Made by a program: the position numbers and the translations under genes
Shown: piece by piece, positions 1-14,787 of the stretch
How the letters are laid out: every line of letters begins with the position of its first letter
Position numbering within the stretch: position 1 is the stretch's first letter
NCBI GenBank assembly: GCA_964016885.1
Contig: OZ024756.1
Location: forward strand, 16,244,001 to 16,308,000
Source: Eledone cirrhosa
Lineage: Eukaryota
Direction of reading: 5' to 3'
DNA length: 64,000 nt
The notes under the pieces: generated by a model
The model's database searches: none
The model's input: only the letters and a program-made list of their open reading frames with translations
What the model was told of the DNA's origin: nothing

Positions 1-605
1 CACTGCCATACCATCACCCCTGCCACACCACTGCCATATCATCACTACTGTCATACCATCACCACTGCCATATCATTACTCCTGCCACACCACTGCCATA
101 CCATCACCCCTGCCACACCACTGCCATACCATCAACACTGCCATATCATCACCACTGCCATACCATCACCCCTGCCACACCACTGCCATACCATCAACAC
201 CACCACTAGCATACTTGCCATACCATCAACATCACCATCACCTGTGTCATTGTCACACCCTCCCTTATCTACTCTCCCATTATTTCAGGCAACCATCTAG
301 ACATCCATTAACCCACCCACCATTCCACCCATCTATCTACCCATCCATTAACCCACCCACCATTCCACCCATCCATTAACCCACCCACCATTACCCCCAT
401 CTATCTACCCATCCATTAACCCACCAAACATTCCACCCATCCATTAACCCACCCACCATTACACCCATCCATTAACCCACCCACCATTCCACCCATCCAT
501 TAACCCACCCACCATTACACCCATCTATCTACCCATCCATTAACCCACCCACCATTCCACCCATCCATTAACCCACCCACCATTCCACCCATCTATCTAC
601 CCACC
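1..605. repeat. C/A-rich short tandem repeats (cactgccataccatcac-like; ccatccattaacccacccaccattccac-like)
   Basis: Directly visible tandem units. Confidence 0.85.
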
Positions 606-659
606 AACAACCTTCCCATATTGACTCATCATGGCCAAATTAAGATCATTAGGCCCACA

Positions 660-1708
660 ATGTGACATCTTGGTCAAGTGTTATTTATCCCACCCTCACC
701 TTGACCCCGACATCTTGGTCAAGTATCACCAGCCTCACCTTGACACTTGACATCTTGGTCAAGTGTCACCCATCCTCAGCTTGATCCTGACATCTTGGTC
801 AAGTGTCACCAGCCTCACCTTGACCCTGACATCTTGGTCTAGTGTCACCAGCCTCACCTTGACCCTGACATCTTGGTTTAGTGTCACCAGCCTCACCTTG
901 AACCTGACACCTTGGTCTAGTGTCACCAGCCTCACCTTGAACCTGACATCTTGGTCAAGTGTTACCACCCTCACCTTGACTCTGACATCTTGGTCAAGTG
1001 TCACCACAGCCTCACCTTGACCCTGACATCTTGGTTTAGTGTCACCAGCCTCACCTTGAACCTGACACCTTGGTCTAGTGTCACAAGCCTCACCTTGAAC
1101 CTGACATCTTGGTCAAGTGTTACCACCCTCACCTTGACTCTGACATCTTGGTCAAGTGTCACCACAGCCTCACCTTGACCATGACATCTTGGTCAAGTGT
1201 CACCCCATCCTCAGCTTGACCCTGACATCTTGGTCAAGTGTTACCCATCATCAGCTTGACCCTGACATCTTGGTCAAGTGTTACCACCCTCACCTTGAAC
1301 CTGACATCTTGGTCAAGTGTTACCACCCTCACCTTGACCCTGACATCTTGGTCAAGTGTCACCCCATCCTCAGCTTGACCCTGACATCTTGGTCAAGTGT
1401 TACCCATCATCAGCTTGACCCTGACATCTTGGTCAAGTGTTACCACCCTCACCTTGAACCTGACATCTTGGTCAAGTGTTACCACCCTCACCTTGACCCT
1501 GACATCTTGGTCAAGTGTCACCCCCTCCTCACCTTGACCCTGACATCTTGGTCAAGTGTCACCCCATCCTCAGCTTGACCCTGACATCTTGGTCAAGTGT
1601 CACCACAGCCTCACCTTGACCCTGACATCTTGGTCAAGTGTCACCCCATCCTCAGCTTGACCCTGACATCTTGGTCAAGTGTCATTCACCACACCCTCAG
1701 CTTGACAC
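660..1708. repeat. 39-40 bp minisatellite, about 26 copies
   Basis: Unit ttgaccctgacatcttggtcaagtgtcaccagcctcacc; explains ORFs 759-1578. Confidence 0.95.
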
Positions 1709-2124
1709 ATACTTTGTCAGTGAAATTTGGTAGACAGAAACTGTTTAGAAGCCTGCCAGATGTTCTTTTCTTGTAATTCGAAAGGTCAGCCTTGTCACAC
1801 ACTGTGTCATGCTGAATCTCCCTGAGAACTATATCAAGGATACACCTATCTGTGGAATGCTCAGCCACTTACACCTTAATTTCACAAGCAGGCTGTACCA
1901 TTGAACACAGGTTGATTCCAATCCAACACCCCCATCCCCACTTATCTGAAACCCCTCCCCCAATCTACCCCCCCCCCCCTCCCCCCATCATGTAACAGAA
2001 ACAAAATAATCTCCCATTCTACAACCAATATTGCAATTGTTGTTGTTGTTATTGTTATATCATCATCATCATCGTTTAAACGTCTGTCTTCCATGCTAGC
2101 ATGGGAGATATTTATTATTACAAA

Positions 2125-4611
<2,487 letters not shown>

Positions 4612-4614
<3 letters not shown>

Positions 4615-4950
4615 CACATCGCTTAGTTGTTAGAGCATTGGCCTTGCAATCGAAAGGTTGTGAGTTCAATTCTCAGACCGGGTGATGTGTTGTTTCCTTG
4701 AGCAAGACACTTTATTTCACATTGCTCCAGTTTACTCAGCTGTAAAAATGAGATGATAGGGACTGGGGTCCCTATCATTCCACTGCAAAGTGGTCATGGA
4801 GGTGCCACAGAAAAAAAGCACCCAGCACTCACTGTAAATGAGGTTGGTGTTAGGAAGGGCATCCAGCTGTAGAAATCAAGCCAGCATCAGTTCCCGTCCC
4901 ACCCTTGCAAGCAGGGAAAAAGCGGACGTAAAATGAAATGATGATGATGA
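4612..4950 (+). mobile_element. tRNA-headed SINE, family A
   Basis: A-box-like gcttagttgttagagc, B-box gagttcaattc, central ccttgagcaagacacttt, tail ggacgtaaaatgaa(tga)n. Further copies near 15177-15362(-), 20611-20916(+) and 36150-36495(+). Confidence 0.85.
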
Positions 4951-5316
4951 TATATATACAAACACACACATATACATATACAAACACACACACATGCAAA
5001 CAAATAAATTTGTGTGCACTTAGAAAGTTTGTTTCCACCCCACCCCCTTTTTTGTTTTATGTTTGCGTTCCATGAGTTTTGAATGTAAACAGTAGAAATG
5101 TCTTTGTGAGAGCCTAGCATTTGTGTGACAGACAGACAGAAAATCCACAATTGTTATTGTAGAGATGATTTTCCTCTTGTTTTCCATTCATTTTTTAAAA
5201 CTCCTGTTTTATCATATCAGGAATTGTTTTTATTGATTTCTTAATCTGTTCAAATAATAAATACTTATTTGCTCTATGGTTATATATATGTATGTATGTA
5301 TGTATATATATATATA

Positions 5317-5348
<32 letters not shown>

Positions 5349-5521
5349 ATATATCACCATCATCACATTTAACGTCCATTTTATATGCTTTCACGGGATT
5401 TGACAGGTCGTCCACGTCATGTTGGGTCTACTGGGGGTAGTTTATCTCTCTCCCATTCATTTTCAACATTCACCAGTCCCTCATAATGACATTTCTGAGC
5501 AATATCTATATATGTAAATAT

Positions 5522-6005
5522 AATTGTTTCTACGTTTGGCACAAGGCCAGCAAATTAATTACCCAGTGCATTACTGGTACTTTATTTTATTGATCCCGTA
5601 AGGATGAAAGGCAAAGTTAACCTCGGTGGGATTTGAACTCAGATCATAAAGGGAGGTAACTCTATGTGTCAAAGCATGGCGTTCGACCCTCTACCGATAC
5701 TGCCAATCCATCTATATATGTAAATATAATTGTTATAATGGTTTCTAATTTAGGCACAAGGTTAACAATTGGTTCTTTATTTTACTAATCCCATAATAAT
5801 AAAATAATAATAATAATAATAATTGTTTCTACTTTAAGCACAAGGCCAGCAATTACCCAGTGCATTACTGGTACTTTATTTTATCGACCCCGTAAGGATG
5901 AAAGGCAAAGTTAACCGCGGTGGGATTTGAACTCAGAACATAAAGGTCAATAACTCTGCTGCACAACATGGTGTCTGATGCTCTACCGATAATGCAAAAC
6001 CACCA
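5522..6005 (-). mobile_element. Two SINE family B copies (5522-5710, 5821-6005)
   Basis: Reverse complement of the family B consensus with gagttcaaatccc and gcctttcatccttacggggtcgataaaataaagtaccag (Nin/Deu-like domain). Confidence 0.85.
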
Positions 6006-6424
6006 CAATAATAATAAAGATAATTATTTCCACCCCACCCCCCTTTTTGTGAGGGTTCTCCAGCAATTGGTTGCTAGGTGAAGTGTGTTAATTGGACCCA
6101 GATCAGTCCCTGATCTCAGGGACTCAATATATCACGTAGGATTCTGCCAGTGCTAGTGATGGTAGAAATTTGGGCATTGCCGATGAGTTCCGGGAATCCA
6201 AGGCTTTTGAAGCACCCCAATGACAGTTGGTTTCACTTCTGTCTCTAGATGGTGCTCAGTTTTAATAACACCTGCAACGTCTGCATACTTATTGATCTTT
6301 TCCATTTTCTTTTCAGCCACATTGTGGTTTTGAGGGATCGCAATATCAATTGGAGTCCATTTAGTGGGGTGGCGTGGAGTGAGGGAGGGGGGGGGGGTTA
6401 CAACAATATCAATATACTGGTGAT

Positions 6425-6803
6425 TACTATAGGCACAAGGCCAGAAATTTTGGAGGAGGGGAAAATCAATTAAATCAACCCGAGTGGATTACTGGTACTT
6501 TATTTTATCAACTCTGTAAGGATGAATGGCAAAGCTAACCTCAGCAGGATTTGAACTCAGAATGTAAAGGGCTGTAACTCTATGCTGCAACCAATACTGC
6601 CAATTCACCACCCTAGTGGATTGGCAGTATCGGTAGAGGGTCGGACGCCATGCCTTCCAGCATAGAGTTACGCCCCTTTATGGTCTGAATTCAAATCCCG
6701 CCGAGGTTAACTTTGCCTTTCATCCTTACGGGGTCGATAAAATAAAGTACCAGTAATACACTGGGTAATTGCTGGCCTTGTGCCAAAAGTAGAAACAATT
6801 ATT
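6425..6803. mobile_element. Adjacent inverted pair of SINE family B copies (6425-6612 -, 6616-6803 +)
   Basis: Same consensus. Other copies near 7909-8128(+), 24392-24573(-), 28540-28703(+), 32386-32572(+), 41325-41540(-), 54385-54525(+), 54670-54771(-), 56536-56708(+) and 57496-57670(-). Confidence 0.85.
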
Positions 6804-7149
6804 ATCATTATTTCTGATTTAGACAGTAGGCCAACAAGTTTTTGCCCTAATGCCTAAATCAGAAACCATTATTATTATTATTATTTTTATTGTTTTTCCT
6901 TTTCCTTCAGTATTGTTTCTGATATATGCTGAGTGTCTTCCTAACACCCAAGGCAAATAAATTCATTGTATACATTAGTAAGCCAGTTAATACACCACAT
7001 AGAAGATAATTTACAGCTTATCATTCTTATAGAGGGATATCATTCTTACAGAGATAGTGCTCTACTCACACACATCCACATCCACACAAGGTGGGATATC
7101 ATTCTTACAGAGATAGTGCTCTTCTCACACACCACACACACACATCCAC

Positions 7150-7900
7150 ACAAGGTGGGATATCATTCTTACAGAGATAGTGCTCTTCTCAATACGTGGG
7201 CAGTACCAGTCAAAACAATTTTTTGTACCTCTTGCAGAGATGGTAACCCAGGAATCATCCTCAAATACTGTTCTGTTCTTTTCTTGATCATTCCCAGTGC
7301 TCCCACAATCACTGGTATTGTAACGGCCTTGAGGTGCCACATTTTTTCGATTTCAATAAGCAGATCTTTGTTTTGCTTAGCTTGTCAAATTCTTTTGCTG
7401 CGATATTGTGATCACATGGGATGCTCATATCAATCAATAAACAGACCATGCTATGTTGGTCTTTTACAATTATATCTGGTCTATTAGCTTTTATGGTCTG
7501 GTCAGTATGTACAGGAAAGTCCTATAGAATTGTTACTTTTTCTCCTTCAGTTACAGCCTCAGGTTGATGATTGTACCACTTGTCAGCAGCTTTGATTTTA
7601 TAATGCCGACATATTACCCGGTGTAGATATTGGCCAACTCTGTCATGTCTAGATTTGTACTCTACTGGGGCTAAAACTTTACATCCAGAAACTAGGTGGT
7701 CCACTGTTTCAACCTCAACATTGCAGAATCAGCACTTTGGATTTACTCCATTTCTCATCACATTGGCCTAGTAATTCCGAGTCAGTAATCTTTGGTCTTG
7801 GGCAGCTAAGATAAAGCCTTCGCTCTCTGCTTTTAGCCCTGAGCTATGTAGCCACTGATGGGTGTGCTTTTGATCAACATTAGCTTGTTTGCTATGGATT
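7150..7900 (-). mobile_element. Decayed R4/Dong-type non-LTR retrotransposon, C-terminal region
   Basis: Translates through stops to ESEGFILAAQDQ, CCHC knuckle (C*FC..ETVDHLVSGC), RHDRVG and RPDIIV..LLIDMSIP restriction-like endonuclease. Confidence 0.82.
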
Positions 7901-9673
7901 ATTATATGCGGTGGATTGGCAGTATCGGTAGAGGGTCGGACGTCATGCTTTGCAGCCTAGAGTTACGGCCCTTTAAAGTCTGAGTTCAAATCCCACTGAG
8001 GTTAACTTTGCCTTTCATCCTTACAGGGTCGATAAAATAAAGCACCAGTAATGTACTGGGGTTGATTTAATCAACTTTCCCCTTCCCCAAAATTGCTGGC
8101 CTTGTGCCTATATAAGAAACCATTATTATTATAACAATAGGGACTGTGATGTTGTTACAACTCACACCTTTGTAGGTTTAGCTGATCTCCTACGAGGTTG
8201 TATCTCATAGAGGGTATTTCAGGTGTTTTAATGATAGGGACCTCAGTCCTATCATATTGTTGTTACAACTCACACCTTTGTAAGTTTACCTGGTCTCCTA
8301 CAAGGTTGTATCTCATAGGAGGTTTCTCAGCTGTTTTAATTATTGAGGCCTCACACCATATCAAATGCCAACTGCCCAATTTTGGCCTACACTCGACCCA
8401 TGACTATGAAGCAGATGAGTTGCAGAATTGACATGAGCCAGCAACAGTAACAACACCATCAGCCACAGCATATTGAGACCCCTTCCGTTGAAGTCACTGT
8501 CGTGGGGAAAAATCTCTGAATACCCCTGCGTAACTAAAAGTGGATGAGCCAAAATGTCTATAAATAAGAACTGAAGTGAACTGTCAGGCAGACTCTGTGT
8601 ACAGAGTCTTGTTGTAGTCTTGTGTTGGTAGTTCGGAATTACGCCTGGTGAATACCTTGGGTTTTACCCTTGTTTCGTACAGCTATACATAACAAGTGTG
8701 TCACACCATTATAACAGTCACGTGTCCTATTTTTGTGTTTGCTGGTTTCTTTCTTTCTGTCTCATTGTAGAAATGTGAAAGGAGAAAGCAGCGACTATGC
8801 TGAGGGAGGTGAACGAGAGAAAGGGAATATTATGAAGAGAAGTGGATAAGATAGATAGATGTAAGATTGACATTATAGAAGAGAGGGAGAGAGAGAAATA
8901 GCCAGCTGTCAGCCAGCAAGCCCAAGAAAAAAAATGGAACAAAGCTTAAAACAAAAAGATTAAGAATGACTGAAATTCCTGAAAAGAGACATAAACTGGG
9001 TCATTCTTGTCGGGTACTGTGCTAGTAGTAATAATAATTTCTGCTTAATTAGGATACAAAATATATACTGGAATTTAGTACTCATCTAAAATGTTAAGAG
9101 AATCTATTTGCTATAGAAAACATAGTATGGAACCAATAGTAGGTGTGTGCATGTGTGGGTGTCAATATTCTGCATTCCTATTGATTAGATATCAATTATT
9201 CAATACACTTTATTACATATGATTGGCCTCAATTTTTCGACTAAGTATAAATCATGTCATGTTGACATTAAATAAAGGATTCTTATGTTCCGAACACCAG
9301 CTTTATAATGAGAAAGTTATATTACTAAATCATACCAAATTCTTCATTATTTTCAAGATGATTTGAAAATATTTTAAAGCAGTGTTTTCCATTAAAAATA
9401 TGGTAAATAACAAGATTAACCCTTTAGCATTTAAACCGGCCATATCCATCCAGAATTCTCTCACCTCTTTCTGTTCAAACCAGCTGTAACATGCCACTCA
9501 TACTGATGTTAAGGTATTGTTCTCAAAATAAATAGTATCAAAACCTCATTGATTCGATATTATGTGAGGTGAAGCCTTTACCATGAGGTGTCATTACTGT
9601 TCCAATCTGTCTTGGTTTATTATTGTTGTTTAATAATAAAGGGGCTCTCAATCAGTTTCATCCCACTTGCTCC

Positions 9674-9865
9674 CTGTAAAGTGGTAGTGCTGGTACCACA
9701 ATAAAATACACCCAAAACAGTCTGTAAAGTGGTAGTGCTGGTACCACGATAAACTTCACCCAATACACTCTGTAAAGTGGTAGTGCTGGTACCACGATAA
9801 ACTTCACCCAATACACTCTGTAAAGTGGTAGTGCTGGTACCACGATAAACTTCACCCAATACCCC
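9674..9865. repeat. 48-bp minisatellite x4 resembling a SINE segment
   Basis: Unit ctgtaaagtggtagtgctggtaccacgataaacttcacccaatacact. Confidence 0.85.
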
Positions 9866-10041
9866 CTGTGAGGGGGCTAGTGATAGAAAAGGTATTCAAT
9901 CATAGAGATCTTCCAACCATGAAATATAGAACACAAGATCGGGATGAGATTGTTCTAATCTCACTAGTCTTAGACCGTGGCAACACGTCCAACCTATGCC
10001 ATTGTGGAAAGTGAACATGATGATGATGTTTTATTGAGCTC

Positions 10042-10101
<60 letters not shown>

Positions 10102-10185
10102 AAAGGTAAACAGAAATAACAACACAATCGGTACAGTATATGGAAGGGATATATTAGGTTAACACTTGATATAGCAAGAAGAGGG

Positions 10186-10222
10186 TCTTGGCGTTTCTGG
10201 CGCTAGTCCTTCGTCAGAAGAA
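10186..10222 (-). ncRNA. Degenerate minimal hammerhead motif in a Penelope-like terminal fragment (related copy 29746-29781)
   Basis: Minus strand ucuu-CUGACGA-aggacuagcgcca-GAAA-cgcc-aaga; second copy ucuu-CUAAUGA-aggacuagcgucu-GAAA-cauu-aaga. The inferred consensus is intact, but each copy is mutated. Confidence 0.5.
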
Positions 10223-11584
10223 AGAATGAGAAATAAGATAGATTGAGGGGACGGGTGGGTTGGAATTGGAAAAAATGTCTTTAGATAAAAATAACAGGTC
10301 CATTTATGTTGACATCTCTTGCAAAACTGTTGGTGCTGGCATTGTGTGTATGATTTATTTTTGAAAAGTGGATGATGGAGCGCGTCTATTCTTTTATATA
10401 GAAATGACTTCAACAGGGTTATAACTGTTTCATTCATATGAAATCATTAGGAATGATGATTTCATATGAATGAAACAATTCTAGTCCTATAGAAGTCATT
10501 TCTATATAAAATAAAAAATAATGCTATACTCTCCCAATGTATTGAGTACCATTTTTTAACTGTGATTACCCTCTGGCACAACTCGGGAATCTACATATAC
10601 AGGGTGTTCCCCCCCCCCCCCCCCAAAAAAAAAATATACACATATATTTATTAGAATGATGTTGAAATGTGTATGCATTTTTTAGGGAAACCCTCAGGAA
10701 TCTACATATATATATATTTTCTTTTCCTATTACCCTCTCTACTACCCTAAGTATCGAGTACTCTGGTGCGTTATGGTCCACCTGGTTCCTTACCACACTT
10801 TCTTTGTTATATACATATAGAATTATTAGCTGTTACCTCTGGTCATTATTCCCTCATCCACTCTGGTCATCTAATTTGCTGTTTCTGCTTATATTGTAGT
10901 TATCAAGTTTGAATATGCTGCCATACGGCCTCTCTGTACTGGTAAGTTTAAACAAATCTGTTGTGCAATCGTTCCTCTAGTAAAGGTAATGATCACAGCA
11001 ATGGTAGCTGGGGTAGTAGTAGATTCAGCACTTGTGTAGGTTTTTACGAGTATTTAGGCCAGAGATAGGGTCAGTTGACCAGAGGTGTGGTCAATTGGCC
11101 TGAGGTCAGGTCAGTTGGCCAAAGATATGGTCAGTTGGTCAGAGGTGTGAGCAGTTGGTATGTCTGATATAAGGTGGTGAGGTGGATTCTCATGCTTCAA
11201 ATTTAGTCTTTTACTCTGTTTTATTTTAAAGATATCATTATCATCATTTACCGTCCTCTTTCTGCACTAGCAAGGGTTGGATGGGTCTACTTAAATCAAG
11301 GCAGTACTGAAGTGTGGCACTGACCTCTCAGACAGACCAGGGAATCTGCATCTCACAGTCTTTCGTTTTATCAAATGCACAGAGGAGGCTGTCATGCTTT
11401 TGACACAAATGAAGTGTCCTCCCAGCCCTTTGTTTGGTGAGTTTTCTATGGCTGGGTGCCCTTCCTTTCACCAACCATATATATCATCATCAAACACGTG
11501 TTTGGATACAGGCTTTTAAATTAGCCATTCTGGAGCACTTCTTTCCATTTGATTATTGATCCTAGGTTTTAATCAAGCAATTAA

Positions 11585-11650
<66 letters not shown>

Positions 11651-12796
11651 ATAATAATAAATTCGAAGACTAAAATCCAAAGAGGGCTCGATAAGGATAA
11701 ATATATATCAAGGGTGAAAGCAGCGATTCTTTACTTAAATTTTAATCTGTTATTTTAATATAAATATATATAATAATGAAGATGGTGGTTACATTAAGTG
11801 TACACATGTCTGGAATACTCAGTTATAACCTACATGTTAATTCCACATATAGGTTGACCATGTAGATTGAACAACTTAGATATTCCTTTGTCGTTCTCTA
11901 TCATCATATAGAAACCTTTACAATATGTGAGGTAACACCTTTATTGCAAAAATACAATAGTAAATATAGAGTAATGTAAATGCTAAAGGGTTAATCTTTC
12001 TTCCATTCTTTCTCAGTTTTTTATGAAGAGGAGTACGCCCCCAAAATGTAATAATTAACATTTTTTTTTACTTTTCCAGAGTATTAAGCAAATAATCTAA
12101 CAGTTTCAATTTGTACCATATCCCATCCCACTTTGTTTTTGTTTTTGTTTTTCTCTTCTTTGTTCACTATATAAATAGACGTTCCTCTCTCTCTATATAT
12201 AACTATATATATATATTTATATACAGTGTACAACTGGCATTTGCAGTCCCAGTTATTCATGGTATTTTCTTCAGAGCCTAACCTATAATCGTTCATGGAA
12301 ACCACCACATATTTGCGGGTGCTCTAGGAACATAACCCCCACAAATACGAGGGGACAACTGTATATATTATCCATTGCGCTACTATTGACTTCAAAATAT
12401 TTACGAAGTAACAATTGATTTATATTTTCATTTAATAGTTCTAGGGACTCTGTTTTTTTTTGTTTATTTAATTAAGTAAATAAAAATTAATTATGTATCT
12501 ACTTAAAATATGGACAAAATGTTCGTTAATTTATTAAGATGAAATATAATTAACCATTTTGGTCTTTTGTGTTATCAGAATATATGTATACCATCATCAT
12601 CATTTAACGTCTATTTTCCATGCTAGCATGGGTTAAACCGGTTTGTCCCATTATAGGCAAGTTGGGTCAGGTGTTCGTGTCTTGCTCATATAGGACTGTT
12701 TCTGGCTAGATTTCTACAGCTGGATGCCCTTCCTAATGCCAACCACATTTTGCTATTCAATTTTTCTTTTGCAATGCATCTATATATATATATATA

Positions 12797-12826
12797 CTAG
12801 CTGAATTACCTGGAGTTGCCCGGGTT
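12797..12826 (-). mobile_element. Helitron-type 3' terminus (similar end near 53659-53685)
   Basis: Minus strand cccgggcaactccagg hairpin then taattcagCTAG followed by T. Confidence 0.6.
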
Positions 12827-13844
12827 ACTGCTGTTCTTATTCAGATTAGTAAACAAAAAATATGAAGATATGTTTTTTTTTTCTCATGATATTTCAAAAT
12901 ATCTATATTTTATTTAAAAAATATCAAATTTGTAATGATAATAGAATTTAGGAATGAAAATCTGTCAATCTTGAAGCACCTTAGGGTAAACAATATTAAT
13001 TGTGTAATTTTTTGTTGCCGTCCAAATGAATAAATTGTTGCTACACACTCACACACATACTCTCCTATACATATACTAAGACAGACACACACTGACATAC
13101 ATTCACGCAGACACATGCATAGCTTTTCACCTCATTTTTGGTCAGTTGCTACATAAGTGTAGATGTGTGTGTGTATTTAATAACGTACCTAATGAACACA
13201 CACAGACACACTCACATATTCATATACAAAATGTGACAAAGGTGTGTTGTTTTCTATAGTTTTAATGCAAATGAAAATAAAAATTATCACACATACACTT
13301 ACACACACACATACACTCACATACATATACTAAGACAGACATACATTCATGCACACCTGTCTGTCATCACATATGTATCTGTATGTGTAGATGTGTGTGT
13401 GTTTAATTGTCTGTGTGTGAAGATAATGTGTATGCAACTTACGTAGTAACAAACTCATAAACACACACACACACGCACACTTACAGACACATCAGATCAA
13501 GTACTCCGTTATCATCATGGACACACTTCTCCCCAACAATATCACAACTTTCCCTGACACACTGTCTTGCAATCCTGAACACCTCACGCCTTTGGTCCTC
13601 GCGTTTCAGAGCCTGCTTAACTTTTTTATATTCTATATTCTGCTTCCCTGCTTGCAAAGTACACTTGATATATATATCATCATCATCGTTTAACGTTCAC
13701 CTTCCCTGCTAATATGGGTAGGACTATATATATATATATATTTCGTTTCTTATTGGCAACATGACCCTCCCAAAGTATAACAATATATATATATAACCCA
13801 TGCTAGCGTGGAAAATGGACGTTAAACGAAGATGATGATGATGA

Positions 13845-14200
13845 TATAAGGAAAAAAGATGAAATCGAAAATGCAACTAGAGTCTTATTTTAAAAAATAT
13901 ATATATATTTAGTTCCTTTACTGGTTTCGCAGTTCTTCTGCTTTTCAAAAGTAGAGTTGAGATGGATGGTCTGTGGTTTTTCTCACATCAGATGTGAGAA
14001 AAACCACAGACCCTCCATCTCAACTTTACTTTTGAAAAGCAGAAGAACTGCGAAACCGGTAAAGGAACCAAATAAATATATATATTTTTTTTAAAAATAA
14101 GACTCCAGTTGCATTTTCGATATCATCTTTTTTCCTTATACTTTCACTCGTGTAGCACACCTCGGTTATTTTTCATTTTGTAAAAAAACCTCACTTTCTA
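13845..14200 (+). mobile_element. Fold-back cassette (about 145-bp arms, centre 13990) plus one-sided tail; putative Penelope-like terminal repeat
   Basis: 13845-13989 is the near-perfect reverse complement of 13991-14140; unique tail then (TA)n. Confidence 0.7.
14025..14068 (+). ncRNA. Minimal type I hammerhead motif with U3-A8 core variant
   Basis: cuu-UUGAAAA-gcag aagaa cugc-GAAA-ccgg-UA-aag; palindromic stem III ACCGGU; mirror copy near 13912-13955(-). Confidence 0.62.
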
Positions 14201-14269
14201 ATATATATATATATATATAGTTTATTTTGTGTAATGATCTATGGATTTCAACAGCAGCAGGTTATAATA

Positions 14270-14645
14270 ATGATTCCTTTATTAACCACATAAAAAATAC
14301 ATTAAAGATGTCACAAGATGGTACAAATATCGATTTCTGTGTGTAAAACAAAAGGAAACAAAAAACAAAAGATGTAACAGAAAAATGGAAACAAAGGGAA
14401 AATCCCCAATAGGGGGGAGAGACCACCGAGGGTTACTCATGGAGAAAGCCCACAAAAGCCACAGTCACCCTGACCACTAGGGCAATCACCCTCTCCCAGT
14501 TTTCTTCCTACAATACTACAGGCACTGGCTCAGAGCAGGCCCATTCACAGGGGCCATTCTTGCCTCACTCACCCACCTTTCAACACACTGGTTGGAAGAC
14601 AGCACTTCCCTCTCTACTCTGATTTTCCATTTCAGATGAAACCTG
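14270..14645 (-). mobile_element. LINE 3' fragment, same family as 41560-42130
   Basis: Long near-identity to 41560-41925. Confidence 0.7.
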
Positions 14646-14701
14646 AATGTTGACATTACTTCATAATGTGTTATCGTTATGTCACTTCTGTGTTTCCATA
14701 G

Positions 14702-14787
14702 GTTCGATCAATGGGGAGACAACTCATGGACAAGAAAACATGCTAACTTTTGGTGACCTTGAAGAAGATGTGAAGCCACTAAATTTG
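14702..14787 (+). CDS. POU2F1: POU2 first visible exon ([29 protein letters not shown])
   Basis: ttccatag acceptor, gtgagt donor at 14788, 86 nt, ends phase 0. Starts phase 1, so an upstream exon is implied; an in-frame ATG lies at 14740. Confidence 0.65.

Noticed and set aside
660-1708. CRISPR-like appearance (palindromic repeat with variable linker)
   Set aside because: Linkers are about 10 nt and recur, there are no unique spacers or cas genes, and the context is eukaryotic. The same applies to the other tandem arrays.
4612-4690. tRNA gene
   Set aside because: A/B boxes run into a multicopy SINE body with no acceptor stem closure.
6100-6300. Separate gene on - strand
   Set aside because: Reads as a heavily decayed retrotransposon endonuclease tail (KYAD..KPTVIG..GRILRDIL); too degraded to list.
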